Assembly: GCA_030698695.1 (NCBI GenBank)
Contig: JAUYMR010000012.1
Span: forward strand, 1 to 53,595
Origin: a bacterium
GTDB taxonomy: Bacteria; Patescibacteriota; Minisyncoccia; UBA6257; WO2-44-18
Direction of reading: 5' to 3'
Length of the DNA: 53,595 nucleotides
Shown: piece after piece, positions 37,724 to 45,721 of the stretch
How positions within the stretch are numbered: the first letter of the stretch is position 1
How the letters are laid out: each line of letters starts with the position of its first letter
Translations under genes and position numbers: made by a program
Notes under the pieces: generated by a model
Databases searched by the model: none
Seen by the model: the letters and a program-made list of their open reading frames with translations, nothing else
Told to the model about the DNA's origin: nothing

Positions 37724-37811
37724 TTATTGCGAGGAGCCGTCCATTAGCTGATGGGCGACAAGGTGGTAATCTAACTATAATGTAAGATTGCCGCGTTACG
37801 CTTGCAATGAC
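37724..37811. repeat. degenerate palindromic (REP/RPE-like) element
   Basis: Ends TTATTGCGAG / CTTGCAATGA pair, as do the inner GGTAATCT / AGATTGCC. Confidence 0.55.
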
Positions 37812-37864
37812 GGAAAATGGGTGCTTGACATCATCAAGGGCCTGATATAATATAAATACATATT

Positions 37865-37994
37865 CCGCAGACAAGAGGTTGGCCAACAGCCGTAAATCCT
37901 CTCAAGGAGAATTAGTTAGTTGGTTAATTAGTTAGTTGGTAGCTTTGCAAAAACAATTAACTAACTAACAACTAATTAACTAGAATCTCTGCGG
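37865..37994 (+). promoter_or_regulatory. L10 leader (rplJ autoregulatory RNA) with repeat-expanded stem
   Basis: CCGCAGAC-AAGAGG...TAAATCCTCT...TCTGCGG upstream of rplJ-rplL; promoter TTGACA at 37825. Confidence 0.8.
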
Positions 37995-38070
37995 CATAAC
38001 AGCCGTTTTTATTTTACACGACCGTTCGTGGCATTCATATAGAGTCTATAATGTTTATATCATATTTTTT

Positions 38071-38748
38071 ATGTTAACTAGAGCAGAAAAAAAGGAATAC
38101 ATAGATTTAGGTAAAGATTTAGCCCAAAAGAGCAAGGCGCTAGTTTTTGCCGATTTTTCCGGCATCAGCACGGCTGATATCCGCAAATTAAAAAGCGAAT
38201 TGAAGAAATTGGGGGCCAATTTTAAAGTTATTAAAAAAAGATTGCTCAAACTATCTCTTAAAGAAGCGGGGATAGATGTGGATCCCACTCAATTTGACTC
38301 TCAGGTAGGTACAGTTTTCGCCAATGACGATCTGATTTCAGTGGCGGCGCCTATTTATAAATTTTCTAAAGAATTAGCGAAAAGCAAAAAAGATTTTAAA
38401 ATATTAGGAGCTTATGACTCAGTAGAAAAATCATTTTTGGATGCCGATCAATTTACAATTATTGCTAAATTGCCATCGCGTGAAGTTTTGTTGGCTCAAT
38501 TAGTCGGCATGATGGCCGGGTCTATCAGGGCATTTATGTATATAGTTGACCAATTAAGTAAGAAGGGTGATTCTTCCGAAGTCACGTCAGATGCCAGCGT
38601 CAACGATGTTCCTAAGCCAGCAGAATCTACCAAAGAAACAGAGTCAACGACCGCTTCAGCTGAGGTGGCCAACGGTAAGAAATCGGACAATGAAACACAG
38701 CCGCAGGATAAACCAGCGGATGATGACAAAACGGTCGAATCAAAATAG
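38071..38748 (+). CDS. rplJ: 50S ribosomal protein L10 with acidic C-terminal extension
   Basis: VFADFSG, FKVIKKRL, AKLPSREVLLAQL. Confidence 0.96.
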   Translation: MLTRAEKKEYIDLGKDLAQKSKALVFADFSGISTADIRKLKSELKKLGANFKVIKKRLLKLSLKEAGIDVDPTQFDSQVGTVFANDDLISVAAPIYKFSKELAKSKKDFKILGAYDSVEKSFLDADQFTIIAKLPSREVLLAQLVGMMAGSIRAFMYIVDQLSKKGDSSEVTSDASVNDVPKPAESTKETESTTASAEVANGKKSDNETQPQDKPADDDKTVESK

Positions 38749-38760
38749 TTAATAAGTATT

Positions 38761-39129
38761 ATGGATAAATTACAACAAATTATAGATCAAGTGGGAGAAC
38801 TCAAAGTTACCGAACTGGCCGATTTAGTAAAAAAGATGGAAGAAAAATTTGGAGTTTCTGCCGCCATGCCAGTTATGGCTGGAGGCGCGGGTGGTGGTGC
38901 CGGGGCTGAAGAAGAAAAAACTTCCTGGAATATTATGTTGAAAGATGCCGGCGCTCAAAAGATTCAAGTCATCAAAGCCGTAAAAGAAATTACTGGCTTG
39001 GGATTGCAAGAAGCCAAAGCGCTTGTTGATGGGGCTCCGAAAGTGGTCAAAGAAGGACTTAAGAAAGAAGAGGCCGAAGAAATGAAAAAGAAATTGACTG
39101 AGGCGGGCGCCGTGATAGAGCTTCAATAA
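38761..39129 (+). CDS. rplL: 50S ribosomal protein L7/L12
   Basis: [29 protein letters not shown]. Confidence 0.98.
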   Translation: MDKLQQIIDQVGELKVTELADLVKKMEEKFGVSAAMPVMAGGAGGGAGAEEEKTSWNIMLKDAGAQKIQVIKAVKEITGLGLQEAKALVDGAPKVVKEGLKKEEAEEMKKKLTEAGAVIELQ

Positions 39130-39131
39130 TC

Positions 39132-39169
39132 TTAAAAAAATATCCACCAATTGGTGGATATTTTTTTAA
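39132..39169. terminator. bidirectional terminator (perfect 38-bp palindrome) between rplL and the tRNA locus
   Basis: TTAAAAAAATATCCACCAATTGGTGGATATTTTTTTAA. Confidence 0.85.
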
Positions 39170-39172
39170 ATA

Positions 39173-39376
39173 TGGACGCTACTGGGATCGAACCAGCGAC
39201 TTTTCCGACCTGCCTGCCGTATTGGTGCGCGCACCTGGATTCGAACCAGGGGCCTTTGCAATGTGAATGCAACGCTCTAACCAGCTGAGCTATGCGCGCC
39301 TAGATAGGCCTATTTGTTAAACAAGTAGGCGGTAGGCGGGCGCGAACGGAACGTTCTGCCACTGAACTAAGCGTCC
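39173..39376 (-). tRNA. interrupted tRNA with anticodon CGC (Ala by anticodon); exons 39341-39376 and 39173-39208, insert 39209-39340
   Basis: Joined halves: GGACGCT TA GTTC AGTGGCA GAAC G TTCCG TT CGC G|T CGGAA AAGTC GCTGG TTCGATC CCAGT AGCGTCC A; all four stems pair. Confidence 0.85.
39223..39299 (-). tRNA. tRNA-Val(CAC), nested inside the insert of the CGC tRNA
   Basis: GCGCGCA TA GCTC AGCTGGTTA GAGC G TTGCA TT CAC AT TGCAA AGGCC CCTGG TTCGAAT CCAGG TGCGCGC A CCA. Confidence 0.97.
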
Positions 39377-39416
39377 GATTAAAGCCGTCCCATTTGATGG
39401 GGCGGCTTGTTTATAT

Positions 39417-39827
39417 CTAAGCGTGACTGAATTTCATAAAACTATTTTTACCAATATGCACATATCTAACATAATATGATGTTCTGGGAATCTTACCTAA
39501 CAAATACCTGCGCTGTTTATTGGAAAATCTTTTATAAAGAATATTTTCCAAATCATAAATATATTGGTGATGAGCGGTGGGGAATATTTGATGACATAAT
39601 TCATGGATCAAGGTTTTGATTTTTTCATCTTCATCCAGATCATCGTCAATTAATGCGTAAATTTCCAGTAAGCCATTAGTGATGAGATAACCGCACAGCG
39701 AGCCACGTGATTTATTGTCGGATAACAGACCTCTAATGGATTTAACATGCACGATTCTTTTGTCCAATATGAATTTGAATTGCATAAAAAACACGTTAAC
39801 AAAAACAGCGATCTCTCTGCCGGCCAT
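39417..39827 (-). CDS. small HExxH zincin-like protein
   Basis: TLIHELCHQIFPTAHH; SD AGGAGG; followed by hairpin 39381-39408. Confidence 0.65.
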   Translation of the reverse strand: MAGREIAVFVNVFFMQFKFILDKRIVHVKSIRGLLSDNKSRGSLCGYLITNGLLEIYALIDDDLDEDEKIKTLIHELCHQIFPTAHHQYIYDLENILYKRFSNKQRRYLLGKIPRTSYYVRYVHIGKNSFMKFSHA

Positions 39828-39939
39828 GGGCGCCTCCTATCAATATTTATACAATCAAAATACTACTGACATCATAACGTTATTTTCGGCTGATTAGCAA
39901 TATTCTGCGCGTTAATACGTTGATTTTTGAGAAGCGTTG

Positions 39940-40046
39940 TTATCCACAAGTTCTGTATTGGTGAATTGGGGAGTGGTGGTGTATAGTTAAACATAGGTGG
40001 GGAATTGTGGATAAGTATGGGGATAACCTCACTTTCTGGGGATAAC
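39940..40046. promoter_or_regulatory. mraZ promoter region with DnaA boxes and TGGGG/GTGG MraZ-type repeats
   Basis: TTATCCACA at 39940-39948 (+) and 40006-40014 (-); near-matches at 40018-40026 and 40038-40046; several TGGGG. Confidence 0.7.
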
Positions 40047-40057
40047 TTTATAAAGAT

Positions 40058-40486
40058 ATGTTCATCGGAGAATATCAACACAATTTAGATGAGAAGGGCA
40101 GATTGGCCGTACCTGCTAAATTTCGCCAACAGATGAGGGGAGCCATTATAACCCGCGGACTTGATAAATGTTTGTGGGTCTTTAATAAATCAGAATGGGA
40201 ATTGCTGGCGCAAAAATTAATCGCTCTACCGTTGGCTCAGGCAAATTCTAGGGCGTTTGTTCGTTTAATGTTGGCTGGCGCCATGGAAGCTCCGCTTGAT
40301 GTGCAGGGCAGGATCTTAGTTCCAGATTATTTGCGTCGTTATTCAGGATTGAAAAAATCGGCCATTGTGGCTGGTTTGTATAATCGCATAGAAATTTGGG
40401 ATGAGAATAAATGGCAGAATTATAAGTCCAAAACCGAGGCCTCTTCCGATGATATAGCAGAGAAATTGTCGGAATTAGGGATATGA
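40058..40486 (+). CDS. mraZ: division/cell wall cluster repressor MraZ
   Basis: MFIGEYQHNLDEKGRLAVP, DVQGRILVP, RIEIWD. Confidence 0.98.
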   Translation: MFIGEYQHNLDEKGRLAVPAKFRQQMRGAIITRGLDKCLWVFNKSEWELLAQKLIALPLAQANSRAFVRLMLAGAMEAPLDVQGRILVPDYLRRYSGLKKSAIVAGLYNRIEIWDENKWQNYKSKTEASSDDIAEKLSELGI

Positions 40487-41307
40487 TTCATCAAGCAGTT
40501 CTTTTAAAAGAGGTAATAAAAGTTTTAGATCCAAAACCGGGAGAATTCTTTATTGACGGGACAGCTGGCGCGGGGGGCCACAGTCAAGCCATTGGGGAAA
40601 AAATTGGCGATAAAGGAAGATTATTGGCTATTGATTGGGAAAAGACCGGAGAAAACTACGCTGACTTGCCAAAGATTTTAAAAGATAAGCATTTAGGCAA
40701 GGCAGACGGTTTGTTGCTGGATTTGGGGTTTTCTTCCGATCAATTAATATCCGGGTCCGGCTTCAGTTTTTTAAAAGATGAGCCTCTGATTATGACTTAT
40801 AGTTCTGATAATGACCCGGCTAAAGATGTTTTGTTAGAGCTGACAGAAGATGAATTGGCGGACGTCATTAAAACCTATGGAGAAGAACATTATGCCAAAC
40901 GTATTGCTGAAGCCATCAAGGAACAAGAAAAAAGAAAGCCAATTGATACTACTGGAGAATTGGTGGCGGCCATAAAAAGAGCTGTGCCACCTAACTATGA
41001 AAATGGTCGCATAAATCCAGCCACTCGGACTTTTATGGCTCTTCGCATATATGTCAATCGGGAATTGGAAAATTTGGAAATTTTATTACAACAGTTGGAT
41101 AAAATATTAAAACACAATGGACGAGTCGCTATTATATCATTCCATTCATTAGAGGATAGGTTGGTTAAAAATTATTTTCGCGACTTAGCCAAAGAGAACA
41201 AGCTGGAAATATTAACCAAGAAGCCAATCGTCGCTAGTCAGGAAGAAATAATTAATAATCCACGTTCGCGCTCAGCCAAGTTGAGGGCGGCCAAGATAGT
41301 TAATTAG
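40483..41307 (+). CDS. rsmH: 16S rRNA m4C1402 methyltransferase
   Basis: DGTAGAGGHS, DLGFSSDQL, ISFHSLEDR, NPRSRSAKLR. Confidence 0.97.
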   Translation: MIHQAVLLKEVIKVLDPKPGEFFIDGTAGAGGHSQAIGEKIGDKGRLLAIDWEKTGENYADLPKILKDKHLGKADGLLLDLGFSSDQLISGSGFSFLKDEPLIMTYSSDNDPAKDVLLELTEDELADVIKTYGEEHYAKRIAEAIKEQEKRKPIDTTGELVAAIKRAVPPNYENGRINPATRTFMALRIYVNRELENLEILLQQLDKILKHNGRVAIISFHSLEDRLVKNYFRDLAKENKLEILTKKPIVASQEEIINNPRSRSAKLRAAKIVN

Positions 41308-41343
41308 AAATCTTATTAAACCAACTAACTAAGTAGCCAAAAT

Positions 41344-41661
41344 ATGACCATCATTGAACCGAATAAAAATAAATTTCATTTTAGTCCGTTATTGACCATA
41401 TTAATAATCGGTTTGATTGTTGGCGTCTTATCCAATATTTACCTTTACAATAAAAACGTTGATTCGGCCTATTTACTAAACAAACAAGAGAAGCATTTAC
41501 AAGAATTAGAAGTGATTAACGCCGATAATAAGAATCAGCTATATAAGATATTAGATGATCGCAATTTTAATGAAGTGGTTGCAGAGCTAGGCTTGGTAAA
41601 AGATAATAGGCCGGAATATCTAAAAAGTCATGTCGCCGCTTTAGCGGCTTTGTTTAATTAA
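41344..41661 (+). CDS. ftsL: FtsL-like cell division protein
   Basis: Single TM plus coiled coil, located between rsmH and the PBP gene. Confidence 0.6.
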   Translation: MTIIEPNKNKFHFSPLLTILIIGLIVGVLSNIYLYNKNVDSAYLLNKQEKHLQELEVINADNKNQLYKILDDRNFNEVVAELGLVKDNRPEYLKSHVAALAALFN

Positions 41662-41662
41662 A

Positions 41663-43306
41663 ATGAAATGGCGCGTTTTTTTATTAACTGGCGGAATATT
41701 TTTGGCATACAGCGCTTTAATTTTTAATCTTTCTAAACTACAACTAGAACAAGGCGGTTACTATTCCGCTAAAGCAGAATCCCAATATAGATCATCGGGT
41801 TTTTTGCGGGCTCAAAGGGGTAATATTTATTTTGTGGATAAAAACGACAATCTTATTCCGGCCGCTATCAATAAAAAATATCCGACAATATTTGCCGTTC
41901 CTGAGGAAATAGAGAATAAAGACGCGGTCAGCCAAACGCTAGCCTCAATATTGACCTTAGACGAACAGACTCTGCGCAATCAATTGAATAAGCCGGGCGA
42001 TCTTTACGAATTATTGATTACAAAAGCGGACAAAGAACAAGTTGAAAAGATTTTAGCTGCGGATCTGACAGGTGTTTATATTGATAGCCAAGAATTCAGA
42101 TTCTATCCATTTAATGAATTGGCGGCTCATGTTTTGGGTTTCGTTGGCGTAGACGAACAAGAGGAGGTGGCTGGCGGGCGTTATGGCATAGAACTTTATT
42201 TTAATGATTTATTAAGTGGTCGGCCCGGTAAATTGGACGCATCTGGACAGGGCAACAAAACCATAGAGCCCGTCGATGGCGAAGATGTCGTCCTGACTAT
42301 TGATAGAAACATACAAGCCAGAGCAGAGGAGATATTGGATAAATTGATAAAAGATTATCGTGCCGTTGCCGGAACCGTTATAGTGGAAGATCCCAAAACG
42401 GGAAAGATTTTAGCGATGGGTAATTATCCTACTTTTGACCCCAATAATTATTCGGAATATCCATTAAAATCATTTTTAAATCCAGCAGTACAGGCCGTTT
42501 ATGAACCGGGCTCTATATTTAAAGTTATGACGATGGCGGCCGGTATTGACAGTGGACGTCTCAAACCTAGCGATAAATATTATGATAGCGGCTCTGTTAC
42601 TTTTAACGGTAGCACTATTAAAAATTGGGATTTGAAGGCGCATGGCTGGGTTACTATGACAGAAGTTATTGAACAGTCTATAAATACCGGCGCGGTGTTC
42701 GCTCAGCGTCAGACTGGCGAGGGGATTTTTTACGATTATTTAGTAGCTCTGGGATTTAAAGAGCCTACGGGGATTAATTTGCCGGGAGAGTTAAGGGGTA
42801 GTTTGGTCAATCTTGAAACGGATGTCAGAGACATTAATTTTGCTACGGCGTCTTTTGGGCAGGGAGTGTCCGTAACGCCGATAGAATTAATTGCGGCCGT
42901 GTCAGCTATAGCCAATGATGGCGTTATGATGAAGCCGACTATAAATAACAACGAAGATCCGGAAGTTATAAGACAGACGCTGTCTCCAGAGGCGGCTAAT
43001 CAAGTTACGGCCATGATGGCTTCAGCTGTGCGCAAAGCGCAAGTCGCGCAAATACCCAATTATGAAATTGCCGGTAAAACTGGCACGGCTCAAGTGCCGA
43101 ATTTTGGTAAGGGCGGCTACACGGACGAGGTTATAGATACTTATGCCGGTTTTGCTCCGGCTACCAACCCCAGATTTGTTATTCTTATAAAAATTGATAA
43201 ACCATACGGGGCGCCACACGCGGCTTTAACAGTTGTGCCCGCTTTCCGAGAATTGGCAGAATTTATATTAAACTATTACAATGTTAGGCCAGATAGTTTT
43301 GAATAA
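41663..43306 (+). CDS. ftsI: class B penicillin-binding protein (FtsI-like)
   Basis: RGNIY, RFYP, YEPGSIFK, SIN, KTGTAQ. Confidence 0.9.
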   Translation: MKWRVFLLTGGIFLAYSALIFNLSKLQLEQGGYYSAKAESQYRSSGFLRAQRGNIYFVDKNDNLIPAAINKKYPTIFAVPEEIENKDAVSQTLASILTLDEQTLRNQLNKPGDLYELLITKADKEQVEKILAADLTGVYIDSQEFRFYPFNELAAHVLGFVGVDEQEEVAGGRYGIELYFNDLLSGRPGKLDASGQGNKTIEPVDGEDVVLTIDRNIQARAEEILDKLIKDYRAVAGTVIVEDPKTGKILAMGNYPTFDPNNYSEYPLKSFLNPAVQAVYEPGSIFKVMTMAAGIDSGRLKPSDKYYDSGSVTFNGSTIKNWDLKAHGWVTMTEVIEQSINTGAVFAQRQTGEGIFYDYLVALGFKEPTGINLPGELRGSLVNLETDVRDINFATASFGQGVSVTPIELIAAVSAIANDGVMMKPTINNNEDPEVIRQTLSPEAANQVTAMMASAVRKAQVAQIPNYEIAGKTGTAQVPNFGKGGYTDEVIDTYAGFAPATNPRFVILIKIDKPYGAPHAALTVVPAFRELAEFILNYYNVRPDSFE

Positions 43307-43318
43307 ATATATAAAATA

Positions 43319-44554
43319 ATGAAAAACTACTTTAATAAACTTTTGAGATGGAAATTACGCGTTTTGGCGCGTTGGACTATCAAAAAATATCAGCCTGGGA
43401 TTATGGGGGTGACCGGCAGTGTCGGTAAAACTTCTGCCAAAGAAGCCATTTACGCCGTTTTGCGTAGCATACGTCGCGTTCGCGTTAGCGCCGGCAATTT
43501 CAATAATGAAATCGGTCTACCGCTAACCGTGCTTGGCGATTGGCAATATGTTGGCGGTTTTTGGTTTTGGGTTAGAGTGATTTTGGCATCGTGCTGGCGC
43601 CTTGTATATCCAGTCAAGTATCCTGAAATTTTGATTTTAGAATATGGAGCTGATAGACCGGGCGATATTAGATATTTATTAGATATAGCGCGACCTCAAA
43701 TAGGCATAGTTACAGCTGTGGGTGAAATTCCGGTCCATTTAGAGTTTTATAGCGGGCCCGAGGCCGTAGCCAAGGAAAAGGCAAGATTGGTTGAATCGTT
43801 GCCGGCCAACGGTTTTACGGTTTTAAATTTTGACGATCCGGTTGTTTTGGAAATGAAAGAGAAAACTCGCGCTCATGCTCTGACGTTTGGCTTCGGTGAT
43901 GGTGCGGAGGTTCGTATTACAAATTTTGAGAACCGTTGGAATAATGGTCGTCCCGAGGGCGTGGCATTTAAATTAGAATGTGCCGGTAGTTTTGTGCCGT
44001 TGAGGATTAATGGTTGTTTAGGAAAGCCTCAAGCTTATGCGGCGGCAGCCGCGGCATGCGTGGGCCTGGCTTTTGGTATGAATTTAGTGAGAATTGTAGA
44101 GGCATTACACTATTATAAATCACCGCCACATAGACTTAAGGTGATATCGGGCATTAAAAACAGTTTTATTATAGATGACACCTACAACGCTTCTTTACTA
44201 TCCATGCAGGGAGCGTTGGAGTCTGTTAGAGACGTTAAAAAGCGACGTAGAGTTGGCATTTTGGGCGATATGTTAGAGATCGGCAAGTATTCTATCCAAG
44301 CGCATGAAACGATTGGGCGTTTAGCTGGCAAGACATTGAATATTTTAATAACTATTGGTCCTCACGCGAAATTTATAGCCGCCGCGGCCAATAAGGTTGG
44401 TTTGGCTAAAAAGAATATATTCAGTTTTGATAGAGTTGAGGATGCTTTAGCAGAGGTAAACAAATTAGTAAGAAAAAACGACCTTATTTTGGTAAAAGCA
44501 TCTAGAGCCATTGGTTTGGGTAAAATAGTAGACAATATTAGACAGAGCCAATAG
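43319..44554 (+). CDS. murF: UDP-MurNAc-tripeptide--D-Ala-D-Ala ligase
   Basis: GVTGSVGKTSAKE, NNEIGLPL, DDTYNAS, LGDMLEIG, VKASR. Confidence 0.93.
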   Translation: MKNYFNKLLRWKLRVLARWTIKKYQPGIMGVTGSVGKTSAKEAIYAVLRSIRRVRVSAGNFNNEIGLPLTVLGDWQYVGGFWFWVRVILASCWRLVYPVKYPEILILEYGADRPGDIRYLLDIARPQIGIVTAVGEIPVHLEFYSGPEAVAKEKARLVESLPANGFTVLNFDDPVVLEMKEKTRAHALTFGFGDGAEVRITNFENRWNNGRPEGVAFKLECAGSFVPLRINGCLGKPQAYAAAAAACVGLAFGMNLVRIVEALHYYKSPPHRLKVISGIKNSFIIDDTYNASLLSMQGALESVRDVKKRRRVGILGDMLEIGKYSIQAHETIGRLAGKTLNILITIGPHAKFIAAAANKVGLAKKNIFSFDRVEDALAEVNKLVRKNDLILVKASRAIGLGKIVDNIRQSQ

Positions 44555-44575
44555 AACTTCTTATAATATAAACGA

Positions 44576-44650
44576 GCTCCTATCGTCTAGTCCGGCCTAG
44601 GACGTCGCGTTCTCATCGCGAAAACTCGGGTTCGAATCCCGATGGGAGCA
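44576..44650 (+). tRNA. tRNA-Glu(CTC)
   Basis: GCTCCTA...TCGCG TT CTC AT CGCGA...TCGGG TTCGAAT CCCGA TGGGAGC A. Confidence 0.96.
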
Positions 44651-44654
44651 CTAC

Positions 44655-44682
44655 TTGACAGATATTCTATATATGCTATAAT
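44655..44682 (+). promoter_or_regulatory. consensus sigma70 promoter
   Basis: TTGACA-16 nt-TATAAT with extended TG. Confidence 0.75.
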
Positions 44683-44748
44683 GCAACGACAACCAGTACA
44701 TTGTTAGATGGTTTTGTTTTTGAGGCCACTTTCACGAAAGGAAAGATC

Positions 44749-45039
44749 ATGGCCGACGCGCGCAAGAAGGGTGGCGAAGGGGTCGTCAAGGTCGCCAAGG
44801 GCGGGAGCCAGAAGAAGAAGTCTCTCCCGCGCCGTACGGGGAAGAGGAATCGCAACGGCTACGCCAGCCGCCAGGTGACGCGTACGGAGATGAACAAGTG
44901 GCGGCGGGTTATCCGCTCCAACTCGCCCGAGGATGCCCGCGGGTGGTCCGAGAGACACGGCTACATGTCCGACCTCCGCCAGCTGGAGGAGACGAACACC
45001 AAGATGGCGGCCAAGGCCCGCAAGGCCGTCGCCACCTAG
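44749..45039 (+). CDS. small basic (Lys/Arg-rich) protein with GC-rich codons
   Basis: AAGGA SD, ATG 44749, strong GC3 bias, terminator GCCCCCGATC-TCAC-GATCGGGGGC at 45046-45069. Confidence 0.75.
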   Translation: MADARKKGGEGVVKVAKGGSQKKKSLPRRTGKRNRNGYASRQVTRTEMNKWRRVIRSNSPEDARGWSERHGYMSDLRQLEETNTKMAAKARKAVAT

Positions 45040-45150
45040 TCGTACGCCCCCGATCTCACGATCGGGGGCATTTTTATTTTTCTTGACTCAGAACAATATA
45101 TGTGATATACTTGCTTTAGGTAATAAATGCCCCGTGAGGGGCTGAATTTA

Positions 45151-45714
45151 ATGGGTAAACCAAAAACATCAATTAAGGAAGTTATAAAAATTCTCAATGC
45201 TGGAGGCGTAGTTATTTTTCCTACGGAAACAGTTTATGGCTTGATTTGTGACGCCACCAATCCGGCAGCTCTTTTGAAGATTTATCAAATAAAAAATCGC
45301 GAATTAGGCAAGTCATTTCCCTTGCTGGTTAAAGATTTTAAAATGTTGGCCGATTATGCCATTTTCGGAGTTGATCAAAAAAAGATAATGAAATCGGTCA
45401 AAAAACCGACTAATTTTATATTAAAAGCCAAAAATTTATCGCCGCTAGTTATGCAGAAACATACCGCGGCTTTTAGAATTTCAACTCATTCCTGGGTTAA
45501 GCGGTTATTTCGTGATTTTGACAGACCGTTGGTGGCTACTAGCGCTAATTTGAGCGGTAAAAAACCAATCAGCGATCCGCGTGATTATTTGACTGCTTTT
45601 GGAGATAGGAGCAAATTGATTGAGGCGATTGTGTCCAATGGCATAAATCGTAAGACGCGGGCATCGGCTATTATTGATATAACTCGCAAACATCATAAAA
45701 TTATAAGAAGATAG
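45151..45714 (+). CDS. tsaC: L-threonylcarbamoyladenylate synthase (TsaC/Sua5)
   Basis: FPTETVYGL, KIYQIKNR, ATSANLSG. Confidence 0.92.
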   Translation: MGKPKTSIKEVIKILNAGGVVIFPTETVYGLICDATNPAALLKIYQIKNRELGKSFPLLVKDFKMLADYAIFGVDQKKIMKSVKKPTNFILKAKNLSPLVMQKHTAAFRISTHSWVKRLFRDFDRPLVATSANLSGKKPISDPRDYLTAFGDRSKLIEAIVSNGINRKTRASAIIDITRKHHKIIRR

Positions 45715-45721
45715 TCTTATT

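Noticed and set aside
39173..39208. attR-type duplicated tRNA 3' end from an integrated element
   Set aside because: This 3' half differs from the tRNA-Val 3' end and pairs precisely with the 5' half at 39341-39376; no integrase is nearby.
39209..39340. Group I or group II intron in the CGC tRNA
   Set aside because: After removing the 77-nt tRNA-Val only 55 nt remain; no P/Q/R/S core or domain V is visible.
39940..40046. Replication origin
   Set aside because: No dnaA/dnaN nearby, no gene-strand switch and no obvious unwinding element; a regulatory role is more likely, though not excluded without GC skew.
44704..45145. Alternative-frame ORFs over the GC-rich gene
   Set aside because: Expected from stop-codon scarcity at high GC; only the 44749 frame has an SD and GC3 bias.
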